A DNA stretch of 42,547 nt from a virus. This document shows positions 7,756 to 15,748 of the stretch, in pieces. The stretch's first letter is position 1, and each line of letters begins with the position of its first letter. The notes beneath the pieces are model-generated. The model was not told where the DNA came from, searched no databases, and saw only the letters and a program-made list of their open reading frames with translations. A program made the position numbers and the translations under genes. The stretch is from IMG/VR virus record IMGVR_UViG_3300009439_000003; one strand, 5' to 3'.

Positions 7756-8164
7756 GCTGTTAAAAGATGCTAAAACTCCAGAGGAAAAAGCAACAGCAGA
7801 AAAAGCAGTTGCAGTCGCTAATGAAAATGCAGAGAAAGCATTGAAAGAGACAGAGGAAAAGGCAAAAGCTGAAAAGTTGGAAAAGTCAAAAAATACTCCT
7901 GTATTGAAAAAGACAAAAGCCAATTATGTTCCAGAGCCAGGAACAGAGCAAAATTACCACGCAAAAATTGAGGTCAAGGCATTTAACGCTCAATCTGGAA
8001 AGAGATTAAGCAAACCAAGTGTACAGATTTTTGCACCGAAAGCATTTAAGACTTTCAAAGAGCAAGCAGTTGGAATAGGATATACAGTTGATATATTACA
8101 CGACCCAACAGATGAATATCCAAAAGTAGGAGTTCAACCAGTAGAGGAGACAAAAGAAAAATAA
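7709..8164 (+). CDS. putative head assembly or decoration protein (151 aa, K/E/A-rich N-terminus)
   Basis: ORF between the portal and scaffold-like genes. It overlaps the portal 3' end by 47 nt. Confidence 0.4.
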   Translation: MAGQSKLTEEQVAANKLLKDAKTPEEKATAEKAVAVANENAEKALKETEEKAKAEKLEKSKNTPVLKKTKANYVPEPGTEQNYHAKIEVKAFNAQSGKRLSKPSVQIFAPKAFKTFKEQAVGIGYTVDILHDPTDEYPKVGVQPVEETKEK

Positions 8165-8190
8165 CATTAACTTAAAAGGGACATAAGAAA

Positions 8191-9132
8191 ATGGCATTAA
8201 ATGCAGATAAATTAAAAGCAAGTACAGCGTTAGCAGGACTAACGGAGGAGCAAATTAAGGCAGTAACAGAGTTGAGTACTAATGATGAGACTGCTGTTAT
8301 AGGAGAAAGAATTGGAAAGTTTTGGGGCGACATTGATAGAGATGTTGAGGAAACCACAGGACTAAAAAAGCCAGAGGGTGTGAAAACATTTGATTGGCTT
8401 AAAAGTGATGTTTTTAGTAAAGTTGGTGCATCATCTAAATTGCAGAAAAAACTTGATACTCTTAAAGGGGAAAAGGAGGAGCTTGAAAAGCAGTTAAAAG
8501 ATGGTAAGGTTGATGAGGCTATTGTAAAAAAGTTAAAAGACAATGAGCAACTTGTGAAAGATTTACAAGGTCAAATGGCAACTGAAAAAACCAAATACGA
8601 AAAGCAATTAACTGATGCACAAAGCCAGAATGTTAGCATTATGGTTAACAATGAGTTTGATAGAGCATTGGTTGGTAAAAAGTTCAAGGATGAGGCGATT
8701 ATACCAAAATCCGTGAGAGATAGTTATATTGGCAATGCCAAACAAGCTATTCTTTCAGAGAACACACCAGATTGGATAGACGACGGAAGAGGTGGGAAAA
8801 CGTTAGTATTTAGAGATGCTAATGGAGACATCAAAAGAAACCCAGAAAACAACCTTAATCCGTTCACAGCATCGGAGTTATTTACAACAAAGATTGCTGA
8901 TGTATTAGACCAAGGTAAAAACCAAGGTGGTGCAGGAACAGGAGGAAAAGGTGCAGGAGGAGGAAAGACAAGCGAGCTTTCTTTGTCTGGAGTAAAAACA
9001 CAAGTTGAGGCTGATGATACGATTACTGATTATCTTATGGGAAAAGGTTTAGTAAGAGGAACAGCAGAATACAACCAAGAATTTGACCAAATTAGAACAG
9101 AAAACAATGTTGCTGATTTGGACATCCGTTAG
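8191..9132 (+). CDS. putative scaffolding protein
   Basis: 313 aa, highly charged and coiled-coil-like with a Gly-rich tract. It lies immediately upstream of the capsid gene. Confidence 0.5.
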   Translation: MALNADKLKASTALAGLTEEQIKAVTELSTNDETAVIGERIGKFWGDIDRDVEETTGLKKPEGVKTFDWLKSDVFSKVGASSKLQKKLDTLKGEKEELEKQLKDGKVDEAIVKKLKDNEQLVKDLQGQMATEKTKYEKQLTDAQSQNVSIMVNNEFDRALVGKKFKDEAIIPKSVRDSYIGNAKQAILSENTPDWIDDGRGGKTLVFRDANGDIKRNPENNLNPFTASELFTTKIADVLDQGKNQGGAGTGGKGAGGGKTSELSLSGVKTQVEADDTITDYLMGKGLVRGTAEYNQEFDQIRTENNVADLDIR

Positions 9133-9188
9133 TATTGATGGGCAGGACTAACAAACTATTTAATTATTAATTTTAAAAACTTAAAAAG

Positions 9189-10238
9189 ATGAGTTTGATT
9201 AACACAAGAATGCAGAATTTACGTGCTAAGGCAAATCTTGACAAGTGGGAACTGCGCCCATCACGTTACGGAGCTTTAGATTTATTCATGCAACAAACAG
9301 AAGACCCTGCTGGTATCATTACGCAGGAGTTAAAAGACAAAGCCAATGCCTCGATAGGTAGTACTTTGCAAGTTCCTGTTATTGATTTTGATGGAGGTAT
9401 TACCATTGGTAACACCAGAACAGTAACAATCGCAGATAGTGAGAATACAAGTAGATTGGTAACAATCGCATTTGCCACTTATTCGTGGGGTTTCACAACC
9501 GTTCCTGCTGCGTTTATGAATAATGAAATTAGCATCCAAGCTGATTTTGAGAGAAAGTTTAATAAATATCTTTACAAATTTGGAGAGGCATTGGATAGTG
9601 CAGGAATTGCTGCTATGGATGCAAAGAAAACCCAAGTTTTAAATGATAATTTAGGACTTTACACATTTGCAAGTAATATGGCAACTGCTAATTATGCGCA
9701 ACGTGAGGAGATTATTGGAGATTTAAACCCATTAGAGGCAAGTAACGATTTCTATATGCCATTACATATTGTAGGGAATACAGGAGTTGAGAGTTTAGTT
9801 AGAAAACTTGCAGAGAAAGGGTTGTATAATGAAACCAACAAACAAATCCAATATGCTGATAAGATTTGGCATTGGAGTAACAGAGTTGCAAATGCAGCAG
9901 ACCGTTACGCAACAGGATTTGCAGTACCACAAGGTACAGTTGGGATGTTATCACGTTTCGAGAGAGAGGCGTTGTTAAGAACCAGAGTAAGAACAGGACA
10001 CGAGTGGGATATTGATACATTACCAATGTTGAATATGCCAGTTGGAACGTACTACTATGAAAGTGTAGGCGACTTTAGTGGAATTGCAGGGGCAGCAACA
10101 GCTGACCTTACAAGAGCCAAGAAAGAGCATTATGGTTTTTCAGTTGATGTAGCGTTTTTAGTAGCAGAGAATAGCGATGCAGCGAATGAGGCAAGCGCAA
10201 TCTTGAAATTCGATATTAAAACAGAGGGTGCAGCTTAG
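9189..10238 (+). CDS. putative major capsid protein
   Basis: 349 aa, positioned after the scaffold-like gene and followed by the strongest terminator in the late block. Confidence 0.6.
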   Translation: MSLINTRMQNLRAKANLDKWELRPSRYGALDLFMQQTEDPAGIITQELKDKANASIGSTLQVPVIDFDGGITIGNTRTVTIADSENTSRLVTIAFATYSWGFTTVPAAFMNNEISIQADFERKFNKYLYKFGEALDSAGIAAMDAKKTQVLNDNLGLYTFASNMATANYAQREEIIGDLNPLEASNDFYMPLHIVGNTGVESLVRKLAEKGLYNETNKQIQYADKIWHWSNRVANAADRYATGFAVPQGTVGMLSRFEREALLRTRVRTGHEWDIDTLPMLNMPVGTYYYESVGDFSGIAGAATADLTRAKKEHYGFSVDVAFLVAENSDAANEASAILKFDIKTEGAA

Positions 10239-10269
10239 GATGTACTTTGATTAATAGCAAACCAGAAAG

Positions 10270-10298
10270 GGTACAGGGGCAATCCTGTACCTTTTTTT
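10270..10298 (+). terminator. rho-independent terminator after the capsid gene
   Basis: GGTACAGG/CCTGTACC (10270-10277 / 10284-10291) followed by TTTTTTT. Confidence 0.8.
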
Positions 10299-10311
10299 AA
10301 TTTAGAAAACT

Positions 10312-11595
10312 ATGTATAGAGCAAGTGCAATATTAGAAAGTTGGAGAGGATTGATTGGATGGAGGCAGAATTATGACCCAAATGGAAAACAGTTGGAGGA
10401 TGAGATGGTTGAGAGTGCGAGTAATATGTTTTACCAAGATGAACACCCAATGCTTACTCTCCAGAATTTAGAAAGTATTATGCCAGATTATTCATTGGTC
10501 AATTATCCTGCTTGGGATATTGCAACGAATTACAAGGCAGATGAGGTTGTAAAGAATGCAGGAGTTAATTATAAAGCCAAGAGAGATAACGTTGGTTTAA
10601 TCCCTGGCGACAATCTGGAGGATGATTGGAAAGTATTTAACCCATTTAGTGAATGGCTAAAGCAAAAGACTGATGCAGGGATAATTGATACGATCATACA
10701 ATTTCTCGAAAAGAAAGAATTAAATAAAACAGCCAAGACTATCATTGAGAGAAAGAGTTTATTTGATGGTATTGGTAAGATTGATGATACCATACCGAAT
10801 AAAGACAGGAGAGCAGGATTTGAAATTTTTGCGAGTAGGAGTATGGGTTTAACAGTCCGTTTGGATAGAATTGGATTACAGAGAACAACAGCAGGAGATG
10901 TTACAATACAATTACATCACAGCAGTAAAGAAACGCCCTTAAAAACGCTTATTTTAAGTTTTACAAAACCAAACTCAATACATTGGTTTGATTTGGGATG
11001 GGATTTACCATATATTTCAGATGATACAGATGGAGGAGGAGCGTATTATGTTAGCTACAAGCAAACAGGAACATCTGGCCTCGCTATCAAAAAGGAAAAG
11101 GAATGGAATGAGGCACCGTGTGAGGGATGCGTAAGTAAAACAGAACTGAATACGTGGAAAGCATACAGCCCATTTGTAGAGTTCCACCCATTTACAGTAC
11201 CAGAGATTGATGGAGAGAACTTATGGGATATTGATGATAACCGCTATGAGTATTCAAGCAACCAAGGTCTTAACTTCCAAATAAGCCTCTATTGTGATTA
11301 TACAGACTTCTTTACAGAGCAAAGAGATTTGTTTAAAAGTGTATTAAGAAAGAGAGTAGCGATAAATCTATTGAGAGAACTTGCATACAATACCAATAGT
11401 CGTATCAATCAATCAGAGAGTACTGTTACAAGACAACAATTATTGTATGAAATTGATGGAGATACCAGAGGACGAAAGACAGGAATTAATCACGATTACA
11501 TACAGTCAATGGAAGCAATTAGCTTAAACACAGAGGGGCTGAACAGATTATGCCTACCTTGCAAGAGTAATGGAGTAAGGTACAGGACAGTTTAA
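10312..11595 (+). CDS. virion-associated protein with a CBM5/12-like segment
   Basis: 427 aa. Residues 64-109 (YPAWDIATNYKADEVVKNAGVNYKAKRDNVGLIPGDNLEDDWKVF) follow the aromatic spacing of chitin/carbohydrate-binding module 5/12. Confidence 0.5.
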   Translation: MYRASAILESWRGLIGWRQNYDPNGKQLEDEMVESASNMFYQDEHPMLTLQNLESIMPDYSLVNYPAWDIATNYKADEVVKNAGVNYKAKRDNVGLIPGDNLEDDWKVFNPFSEWLKQKTDAGIIDTIIQFLEKKELNKTAKTIIERKSLFDGIGKIDDTIPNKDRRAGFEIFASRSMGLTVRLDRIGLQRTTAGDVTIQLHHSSKETPLKTLILSFTKPNSIHWFDLGWDLPYISDDTDGGGAYYVSYKQTGTSGLAIKKEKEWNEAPCEGCVSKTELNTWKAYSPFVEFHPFTVPEIDGENLWDIDDNRYEYSSNQGLNFQISLYCDYTDFFTEQRDLFKSVLRKRVAINLLRELAYNTNSRINQSESTVTRQQLLYEIDGDTRGRKTGINHDYIQSMEAISLNTEGLNRLCLPCKSNGVRYRTV

Positions 11596-11741
11596 TGGGA
11601 TGTAAAAAGTGCAGTAAATGTGGTTGCCAGAAGTATGACCCATTTGCAGGAAAAACATTGATACACGATGAGGAAAAGTGTGGAGGCATCGTTAAGAGTA
11701 AAGAGGATGATATAATTGTTATCTCATTGATGGAGGAGTAA
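11595..11741 (+). CDS. Cys-rich mini-protein (48 aa)
   Basis: TAATG overlap with the upstream stop. Hand translation gives MGCKKCSKCGCQKYD...EEKCGG. Confidence 0.4.
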   Translation: MGCKKCSKCGCQKYDPFAGKTLIHDEEKCGGIVKSKEDDIIVISLMEE

Positions 11742-11811
11742 TGTGTTTTTTATAAATAGATGTAAGGAGATAGCTGAAAACTTTATAAATAAAAAACAAT
11801 AAATTTGTAAA

Positions 11812-12267
11812 ATGGTCAAAGGAATAGATGCGATACAGGATAAGTTGGAGAAGTTAAAGGAGTTCCAACAGAACGCTCCAAAATATGCGATTGATGCAGT
11901 TATGGAGGAGAAAGCGATTGTATTAGATATGAACTTTGAGGAGCAGTTATATTTGGAGGGTGTGAATAGAAACAATGTGCCTATAATGGATTACAAACCT
12001 TACTCTCCTGCAACTGAATTTATCAAACAGCAAAAGCGCCAACCTTATGACAGAGTTACGTTGAGAGATGGTGGGGATTTTCATAGCGATGGAGATGTTG
12101 AGAGGATTGATGATGTTACAGCCGAGATAATCAGTACCGACCAAAAGAGCGAATGGCTACAAGATAAGTATGGAAAGGAGATATTGGGATTAAAGCCAGA
12201 TAATATGACCGAGTTAAAAGAGAATTACGTTAAACCGTATTTACATAAAAAGTTAGAGGAGATATGA
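11812..12267 (+). CDS. putative head-tail or tail component (151 aa)
   Basis: ORF in the structural block. TAAATTTG 11800-11807 ends 4 nt before the ATG. Confidence 0.5.
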   Translation: MVKGIDAIQDKLEKLKEFQQNAPKYAIDAVMEEKAIVLDMNFEEQLYLEGVNRNNVPIMDYKPYSPATEFIKQQKRQPYDRVTLRDGGDFHSDGDVERIDDVTAEIISTDQKSEWLQDKYGKEILGLKPDNMTELKENYVKPYLHKKLEEI

Positions 12268-12842
12268 AAAATGCACCAACAATAATCAATCCAACAAATC
12301 CTGCAATAGTGGATAGAGTGTTAATTGATTTTAATACCAAGATGCTTAATAAATTGGATTGGCTCACAGGAGCGTATGGAAAAGCACAAGTATTGACCAG
12401 AAAGGATGATAAAAAGAAAATCATTAAATATCCTGCAATCTATACAGGAACAGGGAAAGAGTATGCGAGTATGCTACCGAATGAAAGCTATGGCAATTTC
12501 TCTTTCTGGGATATGCAAAAGGCTTATGATATTGATTGGATTGATAACCAGATGCAAGTGATTGAGGCAGAGTTTGGATTGGTTGTTTGGTTTAATATTA
12601 ACAAGGTTCTGGAGGCAGACCAAAAGAGAAGTTTGGAAAGTATTAAGGAGGAGATGATGGATGTATTTGTTAAGACCAGAGTACTCAATGCGAGAATTAA
12701 GCTAACAGGGATAACGGAGAAAAATGAGGAGATTTACAAAGGTTATTCTATAAAGGAACATGACCAACAGTATTTGATGCACCCATTTGGAGCGTTGAGG
12801 TTTAATGGAGAGATGAGGATTGAGAAATTATGTAACAGTTAA
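12264..12842 (+). CDS. putative head-tail or tail component (192 aa)
   Basis: ATGA overlap with the upstream gene suggests translational coupling. Confidence 0.5.
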   Translation: MKNAPTIINPTNPAIVDRVLIDFNTKMLNKLDWLTGAYGKAQVLTRKDDKKKIIKYPAIYTGTGKEYASMLPNESYGNFSFWDMQKAYDIDWIDNQMQVIEAEFGLVVWFNINKVLEADQKRSLESIKEEMMDVFVKTRVLNARIKLTGITEKNEEIYKGYSIKEHDQQYLMHPFGALRFNGEMRIEKLCNS

Positions 12843-12853
12843 ATTACTTATAA

Positions 12854-12997
12854 ATGAAATTAAAGAGAGCGATTAAGATTTTGAATTACCACCAAAGATG
12901 GAGGAGAGGAGCTGATATTGAGATGAGATATGAACCAAAAGAATTAACAGAGGCAATAGATGTTTGTTTGGAGAAACTTAATAAAGATATTGAATAG
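12854..12997 (+). CDS. hypothetical protein (47 aa)
   Basis: Hand-translated as MKLKRAIKILNYHQRWRRGADIEM.... Its stop abuts the next ATG. Confidence 0.45.
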   Translation: MKLKRAIKILNYHQRWRRGADIEMRYEPKELTEAIDVCLEKLNKDIE

Positions 12998-13258
12998 ATG
13001 GAGGAGTTATTTTATGCAACAATCGTTTATAGCGCATTAGGGAGCAGTATATTTTTAATCTTAACTAAATATAGAGTTATCCAATATCTTCAAGCGAATG
13101 GCAGATTTGGAATAAATAAGGTGGCTCAATGCCACTTTTGTTGTTGTTTCTGGATATGTTTTATTATTTCAGTAATAGGACTTATATTGGGAGGGCAATG
13201 GATTACTTTGATAGCTTCATTATCTGGAGCATCAATAATGAGAGCAATAATTAATTAA
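12998..13258 (+). CDS. small integral membrane protein (86 aa, about 3 TM, Cys-rich)
   Basis: Hydrophobic segments IVYSALGSSIFLIL, CCCFWICFIISVIGLIL and WITLIASLSGASI. Confidence 0.55.
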   Translation: MEELFYATIVYSALGSSIFLILTKYRVIQYLQANGRFGINKVAQCHFCCCFWICFIISVIGLILGGQWITLIASLSGASIMRAIIN

Positions 13259-13389
13259 TGAGGTTTTATAAAGGATATTGTAATAATTGCAAGAGAGAGG
13301 TTTTAATGTTAGAGAAATTAATTGACCCAAAAGATTGTAATTGTAAAGAGATTGAGAATGTTTGCCAATATTGTAAAGAGAGTAAATAA
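13258..13389 (+). CDS. Cys-rich mini-protein (43 aa; CxxC..CxC..CxxC)
   Basis: TAATG overlap with the upstream stop. Sequence: MRFYKGYCNNCKREV...DCNCKEIENVCQYCKESK. Confidence 0.4.
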   Translation: MRFYKGYCNNCKREVLMLEKLIDPKDCNCKEIENVCQYCKESK

Positions 13390-13396
13390 TTAAATA

Positions 13397-13403
13397 TCGA
13401 GAG
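13397..13403 (+). promoter_or_regulatory. truncated leader motif TCGAGAG
   Basis: It abuts ATG 13404 of the ParB-like gene. Confidence 0.35.
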
Positions 13404-14033
13404 ATGATTGAATTAAAAAAGATTTTGACCAATCCAGATAACCCACGAGTTATAAAGGATGAGAATTTTGAGAAGTTATGCAAGAGCATAAAAGAGTTTC
13501 CAAAGATGATGGCATTACGACCAATAATTGTGAGAGAGAATTGGATTGTTTTGGGAGGGAATATGAGGAGGAAAGCGTTGGAGCATCTGGGATATGAAAA
13601 GATACCAAAGGATTGGGTTAAGTTCGCAAAGGATTTCACAGAGGAGGAGCAAAAGAGATTTTTGATTACTGATAATGTTGGGTTTGGAGAATGGGATTGG
13701 GAGATATTAAACAAGAGTTGGGATGTATCTGCATTGAATGAGTGGAATTTGGATGTGCCTATTGACAAGATGATTGATGGGATGGATGAGGATGATGATG
13801 AGTTGGAGTTTGAGCAGTCGGTACAGATTGAGCCTGCTGATGAGTATATTATGATAATTGCCCCACCGAACTCTCCAGAATGGGATGAGATTAAGGAGAG
13901 ATTGAAATTAAAGATTGTGAGGAGAGGTGGTTATAAAAAAGGCTCTCCATTTGATACGAATAGTATTGAGAGAGTAATTGAGTGGAATGATTTTAAAACC
14001 AGATACAAAGATGCTGATAGCGATACCAAGTAA
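13404..14033 (+). CDS. ParB/Srx-fold N-terminal domain protein (ParB-like nuclease domain)
   Basis: LTNPDNPRVI...ALRPIIV...VLGGNMRRKALEHLGY matches the ParB N-domain signature. The C-terminal half is acidic. Confidence 0.7.
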   Translation: MIELKKILTNPDNPRVIKDENFEKLCKSIKEFPKMMALRPIIVRENWIVLGGNMRRKALEHLGYEKIPKDWVKFAKDFTEEEQKRFLITDNVGFGEWDWEILNKSWDVSALNEWNLDVPIDKMIDGMDEDDDELEFEQSVQIEPADEYIMIIAPPNSPEWDEIKERLKLKIVRRGGYKKGSPFDTNSIERVIEWNDFKTRYKDADSDTK

Positions 14034-14730
14034 GAACAGAGCAGGGAATACAACTACAAATAAGATATTGCCTAATATTGGAACTTTCTACGTTCCAGAG
14101 AGCGAGATACACCAATACCAAAGTTACATAAAGAATGTTGTTGGAGTTCCAAATGATGTAAGAGGGATAACTGCAACCAGAAATTGGATATTAAAAAATA
14201 CAGAGGAGAGATATGTTGTTTTTCTGGATGATGATGTTAAGTATGCAGGATATACCAAGATGGCTAAATACAAAGCTTTAAAGATTGTGATTAAGGATGA
14301 GGCTTTTTGGTTTAATGAGTTTTATAAATTCTTTGATATGTGCGAGGAGTTGAAATATAAAATTTGGGGATTAAAAACAGAAAGCGCTACACGATCTGTT
14401 TGTCCATACAAACCTTTCAATTTCAAAGCATACGTTACAGCATCTTGTATGGGGATTGTAAATGATGGAGAGTATATGTTTGATGAGAATTACAAAGTAA
14501 AGGAGGATTACGATATTTGTTTGAGGCACATAAGAGATAAAGGAGGTATTTTAGCAGTAAGATATTTGCATTGGGAAAATGAGCATTGGACTACCGATGG
14601 AGGATGTAAGGATTACAGAACTGTTAAGATGGAGAAAGATGCTATTAAACTTCTGGCAAGGAGTTACCCAGGTATGGTAAGGAGAGCAACGAGTAATGCA
14701 AATAAATTCACAATTCAACTAAATTTATAA
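14011..14730 (+). CDS. GT-A fold glycosyltransferase-like protein
   Basis: N-terminal beta1 MLIAIPSKNR and DxD motif VVFLDDDV. Alternative starts are TTG 13978 and ATG 13987. It overlaps the end of the ParB-like gene. Confidence 0.55.
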   Translation: MLIAIPSKNRAGNTTTNKILPNIGTFYVPESEIHQYQSYIKNVVGVPNDVRGITATRNWILKNTEERYVVFLDDDVKYAGYTKMAKYKALKIVIKDEAFWFNEFYKFFDMCEELKYKIWGLKTESATRSVCPYKPFNFKAYVTASCMGIVNDGEYMFDENYKVKEDYDICLRHIRDKGGILAVRYLHWENEHWTTDGGCKDYRTVKMEKDAIKLLARSYPGMVRRATSNANKFTIQLNL

Positions 14731-14731
14731 A

Positions 14732-14923
14732 ATGAGTAAAGGAGCGATTGAGTTTAAGATACCAGATGAGGTTTATTTTATTACTGATGAAATGAATGAG
14801 CCTTTTTTGGTTGTTGGGATAGTTGATAGAGGATATTGTTGGAGGTATCTAATTGGAGGAAAGAATGGAGAAAAAGAGGTTGATGGTTTTGAAATAAGTA
14901 AACAAAAAAGTTACGGAGGATGA
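14732..14923 (+). CDS. hypothetical protein (63 aa)
   Basis: ORF with an ATGA overlap to the downstream chaperone gene. Confidence 0.5.
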   Translation: MSKGAIEFKIPDEVYFITDEMNEPFLVVGIVDRGYCWRYLIGGKNGEKEVDGFEISKQKSYGG

Positions 14924-15342
14924 AAATAGAGCGAATTGGAAAGCATACTATTGAGAGATATAATAGTATTGATGAGTTACCCACAGAGAGGTTTTTTACT
15001 TACAACAGGATGTTGTTGTTGGATAGTGGTATTGGAGGAGATATGGAGGCGGTTGATGGGCATATTAGCAAGATTATGGGATATGTAGCCAGAGAAAAAA
15101 AAGAGGAGGCAACGCAGGAGTTAATGAATATGCGTAACAGCTTTTACTTTGTCATTGAGAATATGAACCCAAAGCATTTGAGTTATGCAGCTTTGATACA
15201 TCGTATTGATGGAAAGTTAATGACTGATTTTAGTGATGAGAATTTAAAGAAACTCATAAAGCAGTTGAGTGAATGGGGGGCAAATAGAGGTTTTTTTGAG
15301 ATAGTCATTGAGGCAGTAAAAAAAAAATTCAAAACGAATTAG
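14920..15342 (+). CDS. tail assembly chaperone (gpG-like, zero-frame product)
   Basis: 140 aa, located directly upstream of the tape measure gene. An A10 slippery run lies near its 3' end. Confidence 0.7.
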   Translation: MKIERIGKHTIERYNSIDELPTERFFTYNRMLLLDSGIGGDMEAVDGHISKIMGYVAREKKEEATQELMNMRNSFYFVIENMNPKHLSYAALIHRIDGKLMTDFSDENLKKLIKQLSEWGANRGFFEIVIEAVKKKFKTN

Positions 15343-15686
15343 AAACTTACTTTCCAGAGATATTTGATAGTGCTGAAAGTAAGCAGATATTTGGAGAGAT
15401 TAAAAGGATGGCTTTGTTAGTTCTGGAGGAGGTCGCAAGAGGAAAGGATAATACGGAGGAGATTAATGAGATAGATGATTATTTATTTGGATTTGCTAAA
15501 CCAAAGGAATACACAGGAAAGAAAGGAGCGGAGGTTACTTACGTTAAGAAGTATGAGGAGATGAGTTTGGTATTGACCAAGTATGCTCAAAAGGATGCCA
15601 AGACTATGACAGTTATGGAATATTACCAAGCATATTTGATGTTGAAAAAAGAGAATAAGCCAAAGCCTCGTAACCGTAAAAAATAA
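14920..15686 (+). CDS. tail assembly chaperone, -1 frameshift fusion product (gpGT-like)
   Basis: The -1 frame is open from 15312 through 15686. Slippage on A10 (15318-15327) gives ..AVKKK(K)IQNELETYFPEIFDSAESKQIFGEIKRMALLVLEE... Confidence 0.6.
15318..15327 (+). promoter_or_regulatory. A10 slippery run (programmed -1 frameshift or transcriptional slippage site)
   Basis: Ten consecutive A residues. The downstream ORF (15408-15686) is in the -1 frame with no intervening stop after 15311. Confidence 0.65.
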
Positions 15687-15748
15687 ATAACTAAATTTGT
15701 ATTTCAATAGTTAGCTGATGGGTAGGCTCACATAATCAATTAAAAGAG

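Noticed and set aside
15692-15699. TAAATTTG upstream of the tape measure gene, plus the similar isolated TAnnTTTG boxes at 5146 and 11800, considered as internal late promoters.
   Set aside because: No TTG lies at the expected 19-20-nt distance upstream, and such 8-mers can arise by chance in AT-rich DNA. The boxes at 5146 and 11800 are kept as low-confidence notes only.
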